Shown here one piece after another: positions 9,307 through 19,820 of a stretch of 32,000 bases of DNA. A program made the position numbers and the translations under genes. How positions within the stretch are numbered: the stretch's first letter is position 1; each line of letters starts with the position of its first letter. The stretch covers positions 2,490,001 through 2,522,000 of the forward strand of contig NC_008312.1 of assembly GCF_000014265.1 (NCBI RefSeq), read 5' to 3'. The notes under the pieces are model-generated. The model did not search any database and was not told the origin of the DNA. It saw only the letters and a program-made list of their open reading frames with translations. The DNA comes from Trichodesmium erythraeum IMS101. Its GTDB lineage: Bacteria; Cyanobacteriota; Cyanobacteriia; Cyanobacteriales; Microcoleaceae.

Positions 9307-9843
9307 ATGAAAATCAGAAATGCCGAAGCCAAAGACTTAACTGTAATTGTAAAAATTTATAATTCCTCAATTCCTAGTCGTATTGCTACTGGAGATTTGG
9401 AACTTATATCAATTGAGAATCGTATTTCTTGGTATCAAGAACACTCACCAGATAGTCGTCCTATTTTAGTTGTAGAACTAGATGGTCAAGTTATAGCATG
9501 GTTAAGTTTTCAGTCTTTTTATGACAGACCAGCATATCAAGCTACAGCAGAAATAAGTATATATGTTGCTCCTGAATATAAAGGTCAAGGAATAGGAAAA
9601 AAGTTACTTTCAGAGGCAATTTATCGTAGTCCTCAGTTGGGAATTAAGACCTTGCTCGGCTTTATTTTTGCTCACAATATTCCTAGCTTAAGTTTATTTA
9701 ATAAGTTTGGTTTTCAACATTGGGGTTATTTACCAAAAGTAGCTGATTTAGATGGCATTAAGGGAGATTTAGTGATTTTGGGGCTTCATGTATTGGAAGT
9801 AAAAAATAAGAATAAGAGTGAGCAAGGGAATAGTCCCTCCTAG
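9307..9843 (+). CDS. GNAT family N-acetyltransferase (phosphinothricin/YncA-like subfamily)
   Basis: 178 aa. MKIRNAEAKDL..IVKIYNSSI..., and an acetyl-CoA binding Q/RxxGxG/A-type motif (YKGQGIGKKLL). Confidence 0.8.
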   Translation: MKIRNAEAKDLTVIVKIYNSSIPSRIATGDLELISIENRISWYQEHSPDSRPILVVELDGQVIAWLSFQSFYDRPAYQATAEISIYVAPEYKGQGIGKKLLSEAIYRSPQLGIKTLLGFIFAHNIPSLSLFNKFGFQHWGYLPKVADLDGIKGDLVILGLHVLEVKNKNKSEQGNSPS

Positions 9844-10418
9844 ACAATGGCCTGTTAGTCAGGCCCTAGATAGGGCTTGCTGAAAAAGATATGTATGAGT
9901 TCAGGTAGAACTAAGAACTCAGAAGAATGTAAAGATGTTCCATGGAACAAACCTAAATCGAAATGGGAATTAATTAGGAGATAGTCGGATATATTTATTG
10001 CTGGCCACCCTCTGCTATAGGAAGGCCAAAAATACTTTCTATGCCTTAGCTAAATGGAGCTGAAAAACGTCGAATTTTTTCAAAACAAAAATGTAAATTT
10101 CATTTTGTATCAATGCTTTGAGAGTTAATCAGTAAACCCTAGATTACCATCGGGCCAGAGACTATAAGGTACAAAATGTGAATAGTCAAATTCTTGTTGT
10201 TCCCCTAAATGTGTACCTTACGGCCAGCCTTAAGTGCTGTATATTGATATTCTGTAATAGTATTGCTAAGTCAATGACTATAGATAATTGGGATTGCAGC
10301 TAAATAATAAGTTAATTTTTACTAATCTTTTTGTTGAGTCGATTTGAAGTTCCTCCAATTCTAACCCATTCATAAAATAGACATTGATAATCTTCCGATA
10401 ATTCTGGAATTAGAGGTT

Positions 10419-10462
10419 ACCAGGGGTGACAACTTAAAAGTTAGCCATATATGAATAGAAGT
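10419..10462 (+). mobile_element. Possible solo terminal-repeat relic related to the IS4-like element at 21562
   Basis: ACCAGGGGTGACAACTTAAAAGTTAGCCATATATGAATAGAAG resembles IRL CACGGGGTGACAAGCTAGTTGAAAGCTATATATAGAAAGG (about 70% by eye). No partner end was found. Confidence 0.25.
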
Positions 10463-11222
10463 CCACTTGGAGATTGAGTGGAGGTACTCAATTAATTAAT
10501 GGCCTATTGAACTCCTAGAATATCTATAGTTGTCTGATGGTTATCAAACTCGGTCTAATACCCAAGGTAATCAGAGTATTTATTAAAAATGGTGAGGACA
10601 TTGTATGGAACAGACCTAGGTCAGATCGAAGTTGGAAGACCAAAGTTGAAATAAATCTTAAAAAAAAAAGGAGATATCAAGATTAATTGAATTAACTAAT
10701 TGTCTTTAATGAATTATGGTTACTCTCTTGAAACTACTTTTACTTAAATATACTACCATGAAGTAGATTTTTTTTTATACTTATTATCAAATTACTCTTT
10801 TTAGGAGCAAGACTGTTTATAGCTCAATAGGGTTCAGTTAAGGACTTTTTGGGACAGTTCCATAATCTACACAACTCATAAATCATGTTCCATACCATAA
10901 TAGTTTTGGTCTTATCTGAACCATTGTACCTAGGTTGGATATAACTATGATAGTTCTAATCCTTATCTAGAATAACTTTTTTCAATTGGTACACACAAAG
11001 AGCGAAAAGCTGTAAATTGAGAATAATCTCTATAAATAGCTTAAGAATGAAAAGGATTGTTATCCTAATTTCTCAATTATTGATGGTTTGTTGACAATGA
11101 TTGATAGTGTTTTAGTTATAAGCATTAATAGTTGTGGGTTTTAGAGATTTATTTGATATTAAACTCAGGCTTATTGCTTGAAGCTCAGAGCTCACTAAGA
11201 CGTATTTTAGATAGGTATGAGC

Positions 11223-11948
11223 TTAGTACCTCTCTCCCATCAATCTCTGTCGCACACCTTCAGCAATTTTTTGGCCGAGGTATTCTGGAATCAAACTTTC
11301 ATTTGGCCCCAGAAGATAAAGAATGAGGCGAGTACGCCCACGCCAAACTAACAAGTTGGCATTAACCACTAACAAATCTTCTTGCCAGATGGCATACATA
11401 ACTTTGTAGAATAGACCAGGTTGATTATCAGCTTCAATTAACAGTGCTGGTAGATGAAATACAGGATCAACATAAAATTCTGTTGCTACTTCTTCTAAAC
11501 CACTATCTAGATTAAATTCTACTGCCAACATTTCTTCCACCTGAAAGTGGCCTGCTAGTGATTCACGGATGGCGCGACAAACATTTTCTGAGGTTTTCTC
11601 TGTTAATGTTTTGCCCCCCCGAGATATGACTAATTTGATAAAGACCAACATCGGTTGGTAAATTTGTCCATAAAGACTAAGGCTATGAATAGTTAGTCCA
11701 TATGCAGCCAATACTCCAAAAATATCACTGAGTAAGAATGATTGATTTCTGTAGGTAAAGTACAGAGCACTTTTGCTACTTTCTGGTTTTAATTCTATTA
11801 CAGCTTGTTTGCTTCTATACAACTGATATGCTAATTTCAAATTTTGTAATTGAATATCACTACTAACAAATTGTTCATAAAACTGTGGAAACGCTCGGTT
11901 GAAGCGCTTTAGCAGTTCTAGTGTTGATGATTTTAAACCCGGAGCCAT
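11223..11948 (-). CDS. Conserved hypothetical protein, possibly tandem ACT-like regulatory domains
   Basis: 241-aa ORF with ATG at 11948. Two repeated beta-alpha-beta-like segments (LLSDIFGVLAAYGLTIHSLSLYG... and GLFYKVMYAIWQEDLLVVNANLLV...) are reminiscent of ACT folds. No catalytic motif was recognised. Confidence 0.5.
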   Translation of the reverse strand: MAPGLKSSTLELLKRFNRAFPQFYEQFVSSDIQLQNLKLAYQLYRSKQAVIELKPESSKSALYFTYRNQSFLLSDIFGVLAAYGLTIHSLSLYGQIYQPMLVFIKLVISRGGKTLTEKTSENVCRAIRESLAGHFQVEEMLAVEFNLDSGLEEVATEFYVDPVFHLPALLIEADNQPGLFYKVMYAIWQEDLLVVNANLLVWRGRTRLILYLLGPNESLIPEYLGQKIAEGVRQRLMGERY

Positions 11949-12021
11949 AATCGAAGAGAGGGAACGGGATATATACTATCTAATAATGTCATTCAACTTC
12001 TACTAACTTAACCACACCTGC

Positions 12022-12573
12022 ATGGGTTTCTGGAAAAATTTGTTTACCGGTTCTGAGCCAACATCTCAGTCTCAAAATTTAGATTTTGAAAGATACACAA
12101 CTATTGAGGAACAAGATGCTTCTTCTCAAGCTTTTTGTTCATCTAATAGAAGTAATGGCCGTATCTTTTTTACTACCGATCGAGATATAGATATCTATGA
12201 ACTCGAAGATCTTTGTAATGCTGTTGGTTGGTCTCGTCGTCCATTACGTAAAGTCAAAAAGGCCATTCAACATAGTTTTCTTGTGGTTTCCATGTGGCAA
12301 ATGCGAGGTAGTCAGCGAAGACTGATTGGTTTTGCTCGAGCGACATCTGACCATGCCTTTAATGCTACTCTTTGGGATGTAGTTGTTCATCCTGACTTCC
12401 AAAGCAAAGGCTTGGGAAAGGCATTGATGAATTACATCATCAAAAAACTTCGTAGTGAAGATATAAGTAACATTACCTTATTTGCAGACCCTCATGTTGT
12501 TGATTTTTACCGAAATTTAGGTTTTATCTCTGACCCTGAGGGAATTAAAGGAATGTTCTGGTATCCAGATTAG
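12022..12573 (+). CDS. GNAT family N-acetyltransferase (plant NSI/SNAT-like cyanobacterial type)
   Basis: 183 aa. [34 protein letters not shown] is a typical GNAT motif A. It is a paralogue of the 18813..19298 product. Confidence 0.8.
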   Translation: MGFWKNLFTGSEPTSQSQNLDFERYTTIEEQDASSQAFCSSNRSNGRIFFTTDRDIDIYELEDLCNAVGWSRRPLRKVKKAIQHSFLVVSMWQMRGSQRRLIGFARATSDHAFNATLWDVVVHPDFQSKGLGKALMNYIIKKLRSEDISNITLFADPHVVDFYRNLGFISDPEGIKGMFWYPD

Positions 12574-12920
12574 CTGTTTTTGAGTTGATAGAATATAACT
12601 AAACATGTTATATTATAGTTGCTAATCTAAGATTTACATTTTTTGAGTAGAGTTATTTTTATAAATTTTATTCTTGAATAGATTTTGTAAAATGATATAG
12701 TTTTTTAAACTACTTTTGGTTAATATCCTCTTTAGTCTACTCTTACTAGAAAGCCTGGAATTAAGTCATCTGGCTTTTTCCAACTTTTTGTTTCTTGCCG
12801 AGCTACTTTAGGGAAATCTATTATTAGGGTTTTTCTACTAACTATAACTACTGGCTTGGAAATTTTTTCTAATTTTCTTGCAAAAATTAGAAAGGTGAGC
12901 TAAAATAGTTATAGTTAAGC

Positions 12921-12994
12921 CGGGATGTAGCGCAGTTTGGTAGCGCGCCTGCTTTGGGAGCAGGATGTCGCAGGTTCAAATCCTGTCATCCCGA
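12921..12994 (+). tRNA. tRNA-Pro (anticodon UGG), no encoded CCA
   Basis: Acceptor stem CGGGATG/CATCCCG. Anticodon stem CCTGC/GCAGG with loop TTTGGGA (anticodon TGG). T-arm GCAGGTTCAAATCCTGT. Length 74 nt. Confidence 0.93.
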
Positions 12995-14420
12995 TACTTT
13001 ATGAATTAGTCCACTTTGTTCCCTATATTTTCAGGTAGGTATACTCTGATACACATAATAGTTTATGGGGAAAAACTCTATGACTAACTACTAATCTACT
13101 AATCTAATTAAAATCTGTACAGTTGTCATTATTAGTCCAGCTCAAATTTTTCAAGTTAAGCTAATTTTGGTGACAATAATTATCTTGCCTGGGGAGGTTC
13201 CGACCTCTATTTTTCGGCATTAAACAGGTAAAAAGATTTGAAAAACTAGTGTCCTCAGGTTAAAAATCTTAAACAGCTGGACGAGGTCTACTTTGGACTA
13301 CGGTAGAAGAGACTCCAATATGTTTAATCCTATCAATTATTTATATGTATTTGAAGCCATGAAAAAACTCTAGTACAATACCAGCTAGTCTAGGGTTAGT
13401 AACTGTTAAAAGTGGCTAATCTAAAGTTGTTAATGACTACCCGTTGACAAAAATGCTGCTATAAATTGCTAGACAAAGAGTTACTTTTCCTTCAATATCT
13501 ATAATACGCTTCCTCTAGTGATACTAGGACAGGATCTGTTTGATGGTCAAAGTTTCACGTCGAGTTCTGAATAAAAAAATACTATAAAGGAATTACTCTG
13601 GAAATTATCTTACTTAGTTTAACACATTTCTGTATGAAGTCTAGGTAGGAAATTTTTCCCTTCCCTATTTCATAGCAATAGTCTTGAAAAACAGTTGGGA
13701 ATAATTAAGGCTCACAAGTAGTGTCCACAATTTTCGCGGGGTTAATCTTGATTCAATTGAACCTCAAATCTCACTTCGTTAAGCTTTCTCAAAACCAAGT
13801 TAAGTAAAGCTATCTGAGGCCAAAAATTCGGAAATGAAATATTTGTGTTGCACTTGCCTAGAATAATTATGATTTATTGAAAAATAGGATTTAAAGCCTC
13901 CCCCTTCTAAATTAAATAGTTGTTTTTTTTGAATACAAATGTTATAATAATAATTATGTGTATATATATTGAAGGTGCGTAACTTTGAGAATGTTTAATG
14001 TTGCACAATTTTTATCGCGAGTTTAAAAATATCTATAATCCTTATGGAATTAGGGGAGAAGGGAGAAAAATATAGTAACTAAGCAAAAATACTTTATATC
14101 TTCAAAAAAAATGTATTCTTTAATATACTTTTACCGATTACAAAAGCCTCTCAAAGGCTCAAATGTAACTTGTGTATTTTGTCAAGTTTTATGTTAGAAA
14201 TCAAAAAGATATTGATAAAGGATAGGTGTAGCTTGGCAGGCACTATCAATCTTTATATTTTGTCTATTGGGAATCTTTTGTAATTACACATCTGTGCCAG
14301 TCCTAATTCTCTATAAGTTCTTTCCTCAAATGAGAATTTTCGCACTGTGACTACTTTACTTAGTTAATGAATAATAAAATAACTGAAATTTTAGCTGAAA
14401 AATAACTCTGATTTGAGTTT

Positions 14421-14482
14421 GATAATTTAAGTAGTGGTGCAAAATTATTTACGCATTTATACAAGCTAAGTTTTTTGCCTTC
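14421..14482 (+). repeat. Copy A of a diverged ~60-nt direct repeat in a long spacer
   Basis: GATAATTTAAGTAGTGGTGCAAAATTATTTACGCATTTATACAAGCTAAGTTTTTTGCCTTC. About 75-80% identical by eye to copy B, 485 nt downstream. Confidence 0.6.
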
Positions 14483-14905
14483 TTGGGAGCTAAAATAATT
14501 AGGCTTGGCTGAAAAAACTGAAAGTATATACCTAAATACTACTTTAAATTTTCTTGGATGAAAAATGTATAATAAGGTGTTATAGCTCTGGGTAAAATGG
14601 ATATTGAACTATTAAGGTTAAAGGGTAGAAAAATTGAAAATAGTTCTTACAATCACATTCTCTGTAATTCCTATTGTTCCTTACTTCTATGTGTGCCTAA
14701 CTAAATATTTGTGATTCCCTGGCTTCTGCCCTTACCGGTAAAAACTAAGCATGCACGTCCTAATTAGAATAGTTATATAATTTAAGGTTACTTGATTTGT
14801 TTCATGGTTTAAATTTAAATTAGAATCAATAATTTGTGGCTCAATTAATAAATTAAAAGATGTTTTTAAGTATTATAAAAATATTCATAATTTAATGATT
14901 TTTGG

Positions 14906-14966
14906 TTGATAAGTGGCTGTGCAAAATTAATTCTACATTTATATCAAGCTGGATTCTTTTGCTTCA
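14906..14966 (+). repeat. Copy B of the diverged ~60-nt direct repeat
   Basis: GTTGATAAGTGGCTGTGCAAAATTAATTCTACATTTATATCAAGCTGGATTCTTTTGCTTC. Confidence 0.6.
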
Positions 14967-15158
14967 AAAAAGTGCAGATAATTAAAATAGGTAAATAATT
15001 TTGCTGGGGTACTTATTTTTGTTGAAAAAACATGAAATTATATCGCTTGGTGAGATTTGATAGGATAAATTTCTTATTTGACTTTGATGAATGTTTTCGC
15101 TGTGTCTGATGTTAATACTTTTTTTTGATGGTAATATCTTAAGAAAACTGGAGAATTT

Positions 15159-15914
15159 ATGAAATCATTAATTCGTTTAAGTGCAGTGTTAGGAGTAATG
15201 GTTAGCAGTTTGATTGGACCTTCTCTGAAAGATATGTCTGCATTAGCACTGCCGGAGAAAGAAGTGTTACAGAAGTTAACTCCTGTGCCGGTTTTTACAA
15301 TTACCGATCAAAATGGATCTCCTCTTGTCCGATCAATTAGAAGAGAAGGTAATGAAGTTAATTCTTCTGTGGCGGGAGTTTTTATTAGTAAGAGTGATGC
15401 AGATGCTTTTGTGAACAAATTAAAAGGAGAAAATCCTGATTTAGCTGCTACGGTTAAGGTTGTCCCTGTTTCTCTAGGTGAAGTTTATGAAAAGAGCCAA
15501 TCTATACAAGAGAATGGTCAAAGACTAGAATTTGCATATGTTCCTATTAGAAGACAGGTTGAATCTGCTAAGGCTTTGCTTGAGAAGAATGGCCAGGATT
15601 TTAACAATTTTAGTGGGGTACCTTTGTTTATGGCTAAAGGAGGACCTGATGATGGATATTTAACTATTCAGCGCGGAGAAAAGCAAGTTATTCCTATGTT
15701 TTTTAATAAGGAAGATTTGCAAGGAATGTTGGATAGGGCTGAAACTCAACAACCTGAAGTTTTTTCTTCTGTGGAGATTGAGGTTGTAAATCTTGAGGGT
15801 GTGATTAATGCTTTAAAGAATGATGACGATCCTTTCTTGGAAAAAATTATTTTTATTCCTCCACGGGAGTCTTTGGAGTTTGTACAACAGTTGAGAGAAT
15901 CTGATAATAAATAA
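15159..15914 (+). CDS. Tic22-like periplasmic/thylakoid-lumen chaperone family protein
   Basis: 251 aa with a signal peptide. L..VPVFTITDQNGSPLV...VAGVFISKSDADAFVNKLK...VKVVPVSLGEVY, and a second repeat with PLFMAKGG...IPMFFNKEDLQ. This is the duplicated Tic22 fold pattern. Confidence 0.7.
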   Translation: MKSLIRLSAVLGVMVSSLIGPSLKDMSALALPEKEVLQKLTPVPVFTITDQNGSPLVRSIRREGNEVNSSVAGVFISKSDADAFVNKLKGENPDLAATVKVVPVSLGEVYEKSQSIQENGQRLEFAYVPIRRQVESAKALLEKNGQDFNNFSGVPLFMAKGGPDDGYLTIQRGEKQVIPMFFNKEDLQGMLDRAETQQPEVFSSVEIEVVNLEGVINALKNDDDPFLEKIIFIPPRESLEFVQQLRESDNK

Positions 15915-15938
15915 GTTGAGATTCTGAGTGATTGATAG

Positions 15939-16844
15939 ATGAATTTTCCTTTTAGGTGGCTGGTTTCAGGTAATGAACTCTGGGAATGGTATTGTCAAAC
16001 TAAGGCTTGTGCTTTGAGGGCAGGTATATCTGTTGCTGAGGTTGATTTATTCTTAGAGGAGTTTGCTAGTCTCAATAGATTAACCCTGCGTTTGGAGTCT
16101 TTTAAAGATTGGCCTAATGTTTCAATGGAGCTTTCTTTAGTTGAGTTGGATAGTCTTTGGCGCCGACGTTTGGAAGATAGGGTTCCGCTTCAATATTTAA
16201 CTGGGGTTACTTATTGGCGGAATTTTTCTTTGAGGGTTGGTTCTGGAGTTTTGATACCTAGACCGGAAACAGAGCTTTTAATTGATCTGGTTTTGGTTGC
16301 TACTAATTCGGTTTTGGAGCTTGGGCACGGAAATTGGGTGGATATGGGAACTGGTAGTGGAGCGATCGCTTGTGGTTTAGCAGATATATTGACAGATGCT
16401 TCTATTTATGGTATAGATTGCAGTCCAGTAGCTTTGGCAATTGCTAGACAAAATGCTGTTAGCCTAGGTTATGGTGATCGAATCAATTTCTATGAAGGCT
16501 CTTGGTGGCAACCACTGGAACATTTGCGTGGCCAGGTGAGTGGGATGGTGGCGAATCCTCCTTATATTCCTAGTGATATGGTTTCTACTCTGGAACCAGA
16601 GGTCAGGAAACATGAGCCTCATTTGGCCCTTGATGGTGGTGTTGATGGTCTAGATTGTATTAGGTTTTTAGTTGAAACTGCTCCACTATATTTGGTTTCT
16701 GGTGGTGTTTGGTTGGTGGAAATGATGGCTGGGCAAAGTGAGGAAGTCGCTAAAATTTTGTATGATCATGGTTCTTATTGTCAGGTTGAGATTTTCGGTG
16801 ATTTGGAGGGGGTTGATCGCTTTGCTATGGCTTATTTAAAGTAG
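15939..16844 (+). CDS. prmC: Peptide chain release factor N5-glutamine methyltransferase (HemK/PrmC)
   Basis: 301 aa. VPLQYLTG, VLIPRPETE, SAM motif DMGTGSGAI, catalytic NPPYI. Confidence 0.88.
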   Translation: MNFPFRWLVSGNELWEWYCQTKACALRAGISVAEVDLFLEEFASLNRLTLRLESFKDWPNVSMELSLVELDSLWRRRLEDRVPLQYLTGVTYWRNFSLRVGSGVLIPRPETELLIDLVLVATNSVLELGHGNWVDMGTGSGAIACGLADILTDASIYGIDCSPVALAIARQNAVSLGYGDRINFYEGSWWQPLEHLRGQVSGMVANPPYIPSDMVSTLEPEVRKHEPHLALDGGVDGLDCIRFLVETAPLYLVSGGVWLVEMMAGQSEEVAKILYDHGSYCQVEIFGDLEGVDRFAMAYLK

Positions 16845-17250
16845 CAAAAGTAGCAAATATTATTTTTCTTAAGCTTAAAAAATTTGCGTCAAAAAATTGG
16901 GTTTGAAGTCTTGCCTATAAGTGGGCGACTTTTAAATAAGGTTTGCTGATTAAATATTAGAGTATTGACTGATATAGGCGCTTAGTTTTTTTTGGGGCTT
17001 TGAAAAAGTGCCTAGTTTTTGCTCCACAGATGTTAGTCTAGTCAGGTTTCCTGATCTTGGAGATTTAATATTGCTGGCAAAGCTTCACACTTATATATCA
17101 ACTTTTAATTATAATGAGGGTAAGTGTTTGGAATAATTTAATTTTAAGGCATTATCATTTTTTTAAGCTCCTAAAGTTACAGTTGTTTTGTGCTAGAGAT
17201 ATTAAAGTTAGTTATATTTTTAAAAAATTAAAAAATAAAAAACGAAAAAA

Positions 17251-17844
17251 ATGAGTTTAGTATCTATTGAGACTCTTATTGAGGGAGCAATATCTGGTAA
17301 TTTAGTTAGCTTTCCTACTGATACTGTACCAGCACTGGCAGCTCGACCTGATCGAGCAAATTTAATTTTTCAAGTAAAGGGTCGTAGTCAAGATAAACCT
17401 GTGATTTTAATGGGGGCAAATGCTGCATCTTTGTGGCCTTATATTTGTGGAAGTGATCAAGAGTTACAGTTATGGCAAAGGGTGGCTGGAAAGTATTGGC
17501 CTGGGCAGTTGACTTTGGTGCTACCTGCTTCAGAAATGGTGCCCAGGGTAATGAATCCTGTTGAGGGAACTACTATTGGAGTCAGGGTTCCTAATTGTGA
17601 TATTGCTAGAAAAATAATGGCTCGAACAGGGCCTTTAGCTACTACAAGTGCTAATATTTCTGGCCAGCCAACTTTAGGGAAAATGGCGGAAATTAGTCGT
17701 CAATTTCCAGAGGTTTTGGTTGTTTCGTTGTCCCAAAGTGAGGAGATAATGTTAACTTCTGGAGTCCCTTCGACTGTTGCTAAGTGGAATGGAATTGCTC
17801 GTTGGGAAATTTTGCGCCAGGGAGCAGTAAAGTTAAAATTTTAA
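17251..17844 (+). CDS. tsaC: L-threonylcarbamoyladenylate synthase, YrdC-domain type (TsaC/YwlC)
   Basis: 197 aa. FPTDTVPALAA, KGRSQDKPVILM, WPGQLTLVLP, IGVRVPN, GPLATTSANISGQP. Confidence 0.85.
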   Translation: MSLVSIETLIEGAISGNLVSFPTDTVPALAARPDRANLIFQVKGRSQDKPVILMGANAASLWPYICGSDQELQLWQRVAGKYWPGQLTLVLPASEMVPRVMNPVEGTTIGVRVPNCDIARKIMARTGPLATTSANISGQPTLGKMAEISRQFPEVLVVSLSQSEEIMLTSGVPSTVAKWNGIARWEILRQGAVKLKF

Positions 17845-17877
17845 GGTACTCTCAAAACATTTAGTATTTTTATTGGA

Positions 17878-18810
17878 ATGGCTGGGAACAATTTTATTTA
17901 TTTGGTACTAGGGTTTGGATTTGGGTTACTAGCTAGTAGGTTATGGTTTAGGCAAAAAAGTGAGGATTTATCAACCTCTTGTGTGGTTCCAAACCATTCT
18001 GAATCAAGTTCTGAGGAGCTAGAGAATATGTTTAAGCAACTGAAAAATACTCAACTAGCATATCAAATGGCTTCTGAAATGAGTAAGTTTAAAGCTGGTT
18101 TTTTGGCTCGAACTGCTCATGAGTTGCGATCGCCGATTAACAGTATGATTAGTGGACTACAGTTAATTATTTCTGATTTAGCGGATAATCCGGAGGAGGA
18201 ACGCCAGTTTGTTAACGAAGCTTATAATTGTGCTTTAAAAACTTTAGGTTTATTGGATGAGATTATTTATGTGTCTAAAACCGAACATGGTACTGAGAAA
18301 GTCGAGGTGGAGCCACTACAACTCATTCAAGTGTTTGAGGTGGTGGAAAATTTAACTTATATGCAAGCTGCTAATCGTGGTATTGGTTTGCAAATCTCAC
18401 CTCCGAAACCAGATATTTATGTTTTGGCGGATAGGTCTCGTCTCAAACAGGTTTTGTTGAGTTTGATTGATACTGCGATCAGGCAAATGAATGAGGGTAA
18501 TGTGAATGTTTCTGTTCATCCTGCATGGGAATCTGGTTATGTTCATATTTGGATTGACGATCAACGTCCGGTAAGTGCTTGGAGTGAGTCTTGGGATTTA
18601 CTCAAATATAATTTTGAGGAAAATGCTGAAAAAAATATGAGTGCTGATTTTCAGCTTTCTCCTGGTATGAGGTTATTAATGAATCAAACTTTGTTAGGAA
18701 TGATGAACGGACGTTTGGAAGTACTAACAACTCCTTGTGATGGTGAGGAGTCTAATTTTAATCGGACTCAATGTTCTATTCCTATGAGTATAAAGGGAAC
18801 TAAAGGTTAA
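17878..18810 (+). CDS. Membrane-anchored histidine kinase-like protein with intact H-box but degenerate ATP-binding (HATPase) motifs
   Basis: N-terminal TM (FIYLVLGFGFGLLASRLW). HisKA H-box FLARTAHELRSPIN. The N-box position reads LLSLIDTAIRQ (Asn lost), G1 reads IWIDDQRP, and G2 reads SPGMRL. Confidence 0.7.
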   Translation: MAGNNFIYLVLGFGFGLLASRLWFRQKSEDLSTSCVVPNHSESSSEELENMFKQLKNTQLAYQMASEMSKFKAGFLARTAHELRSPINSMISGLQLIISDLADNPEEERQFVNEAYNCALKTLGLLDEIIYVSKTEHGTEKVEVEPLQLIQVFEVVENLTYMQAANRGIGLQISPPKPDIYVLADRSRLKQVLLSLIDTAIRQMNEGNVNVSVHPAWESGYVHIWIDDQRPVSAWSESWDLLKYNFEENAEKNMSADFQLSPGMRLLMNQTLLGMMNGRLEVLTTPCDGEESNFNRTQCSIPMSIKGTKG

Positions 18811-18812
18811 CT

Positions 18813-19298
18813 TTATGTGGCAATTAGTGATGCTTGATTTCTAGTTGTTAATTCAATTTCTGCTTCTATAGGTTGATTGTACAATATCATTGTTGTGCTT
18901 TGATTATATTGAAATCCAATTCGTTTGTAGAAATTTTGTTGATAGGTTGTCATTAGATAAACTCTTTCTACATAGCACATTCGTGGATGACTTAAAATTG
19001 TTTGAACTAATTTTCGTCCTAGTCCTCCTCCTTGATAGTTTGGGTGAATGACTATATCCCAAATTGTACCTCTGTATACACAATCTGATGTGGCACGACC
19101 AAAACCTATCATTGTTTGGAGATCCCATACAGTGATGACTGGGTTACTGTTGGCAATAGCTATTTCTAAGTCTTCTATTTTTCTATTTTTTGCCCAGATG
19201 GCTGCAGAATTAAATAATGCTATAAGTTGAGGAATATTTACTTTTAAATGACCTTCGCAGAATTGAATATGACGATAATCTCTGGTAGTATTTTTCAT
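18813..19298 (-). CDS. GNAT family N-acetyltransferase (paralogue of 12022..12573)
   Basis: 161 aa. GFGRATSDCVYRGTIWDIVIHPNYQGGGLGRKLV. Converges on the kinase gene with a 2-nt gap. Confidence 0.8.
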   Translation of the reverse strand: MKNTTRDYRHIQFCEGHLKVNIPQLIALFNSAAIWAKNRKIEDLEIAIANSNPVITVWDLQTMIGFGRATSDCVYRGTIWDIVIHPNYQGGGLGRKLVQTILSHPRMCYVERVYLMTTYQQNFYKRIGFQYNQSTTMILYNQPIEAEIELTTRNQASLIAT

Positions 19299-19820
19299 TT
19301 TTTTTTAGCGAGCTCTCTATAGCTTCAATTTACTCAATTAATTATTTTAATTTTTCTATTTATGTTCAGATTCAATATAAATTAGGGCTAAGTTTTACCT
19401 ATATTTAATCATTTTTTTATGGTGAAAAATAGATCAAATCAGTAAATTTGAAATAATTTATTTTTAGCTTTAACTTGTATAGATTATTTAACTTGCCTCC
19501 ATATTTTCGGGTCATACCATTTATTTATGAAGTTACACTTAGATATAAGATTATAATAGTCATTATAATCAGATCTTATAAAAATTATTAAGGGTACTAT
19601 TATAGAGAAATAGTATTAGTAATATTGACCTTTTATAGTTTTTATTACAAGTAATCATAGACTTGGAGGGTAGTAAAAATTACTATAAACATCACAGAAG
19701 TTATTCAAAAATTAAATTGCCTTCATACATAGTTTTTAGAAAGATAAAGCTTAACTATACCAAAGTTTTTGAGAATTAGTATTATTTAGAAATATTTTTC
19801 TCTAGGAAAAAGCACTACTC

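Noticed and set aside
11132-11326. 64-aa plus-strand ORF
   Set aside because: It overlaps the 3' end of the 241-aa minus-strand gene in antisense. It is short with no motif or RBS.
899-15000. CRISPR array
   Set aside because: The only short direct repeats seen (899/1002 and 14421/14906) occur as two diverged copies with irregular spacing. There is no regular repeat-spacer periodicity and no cas genes anywhere in the window.
18904-19230. ORFs 18904..19128 (-) and 19048..19230 (+)
   Set aside because: Both are embedded in or antisense to the GNAT gene 18813..19298, which has clear family motifs.
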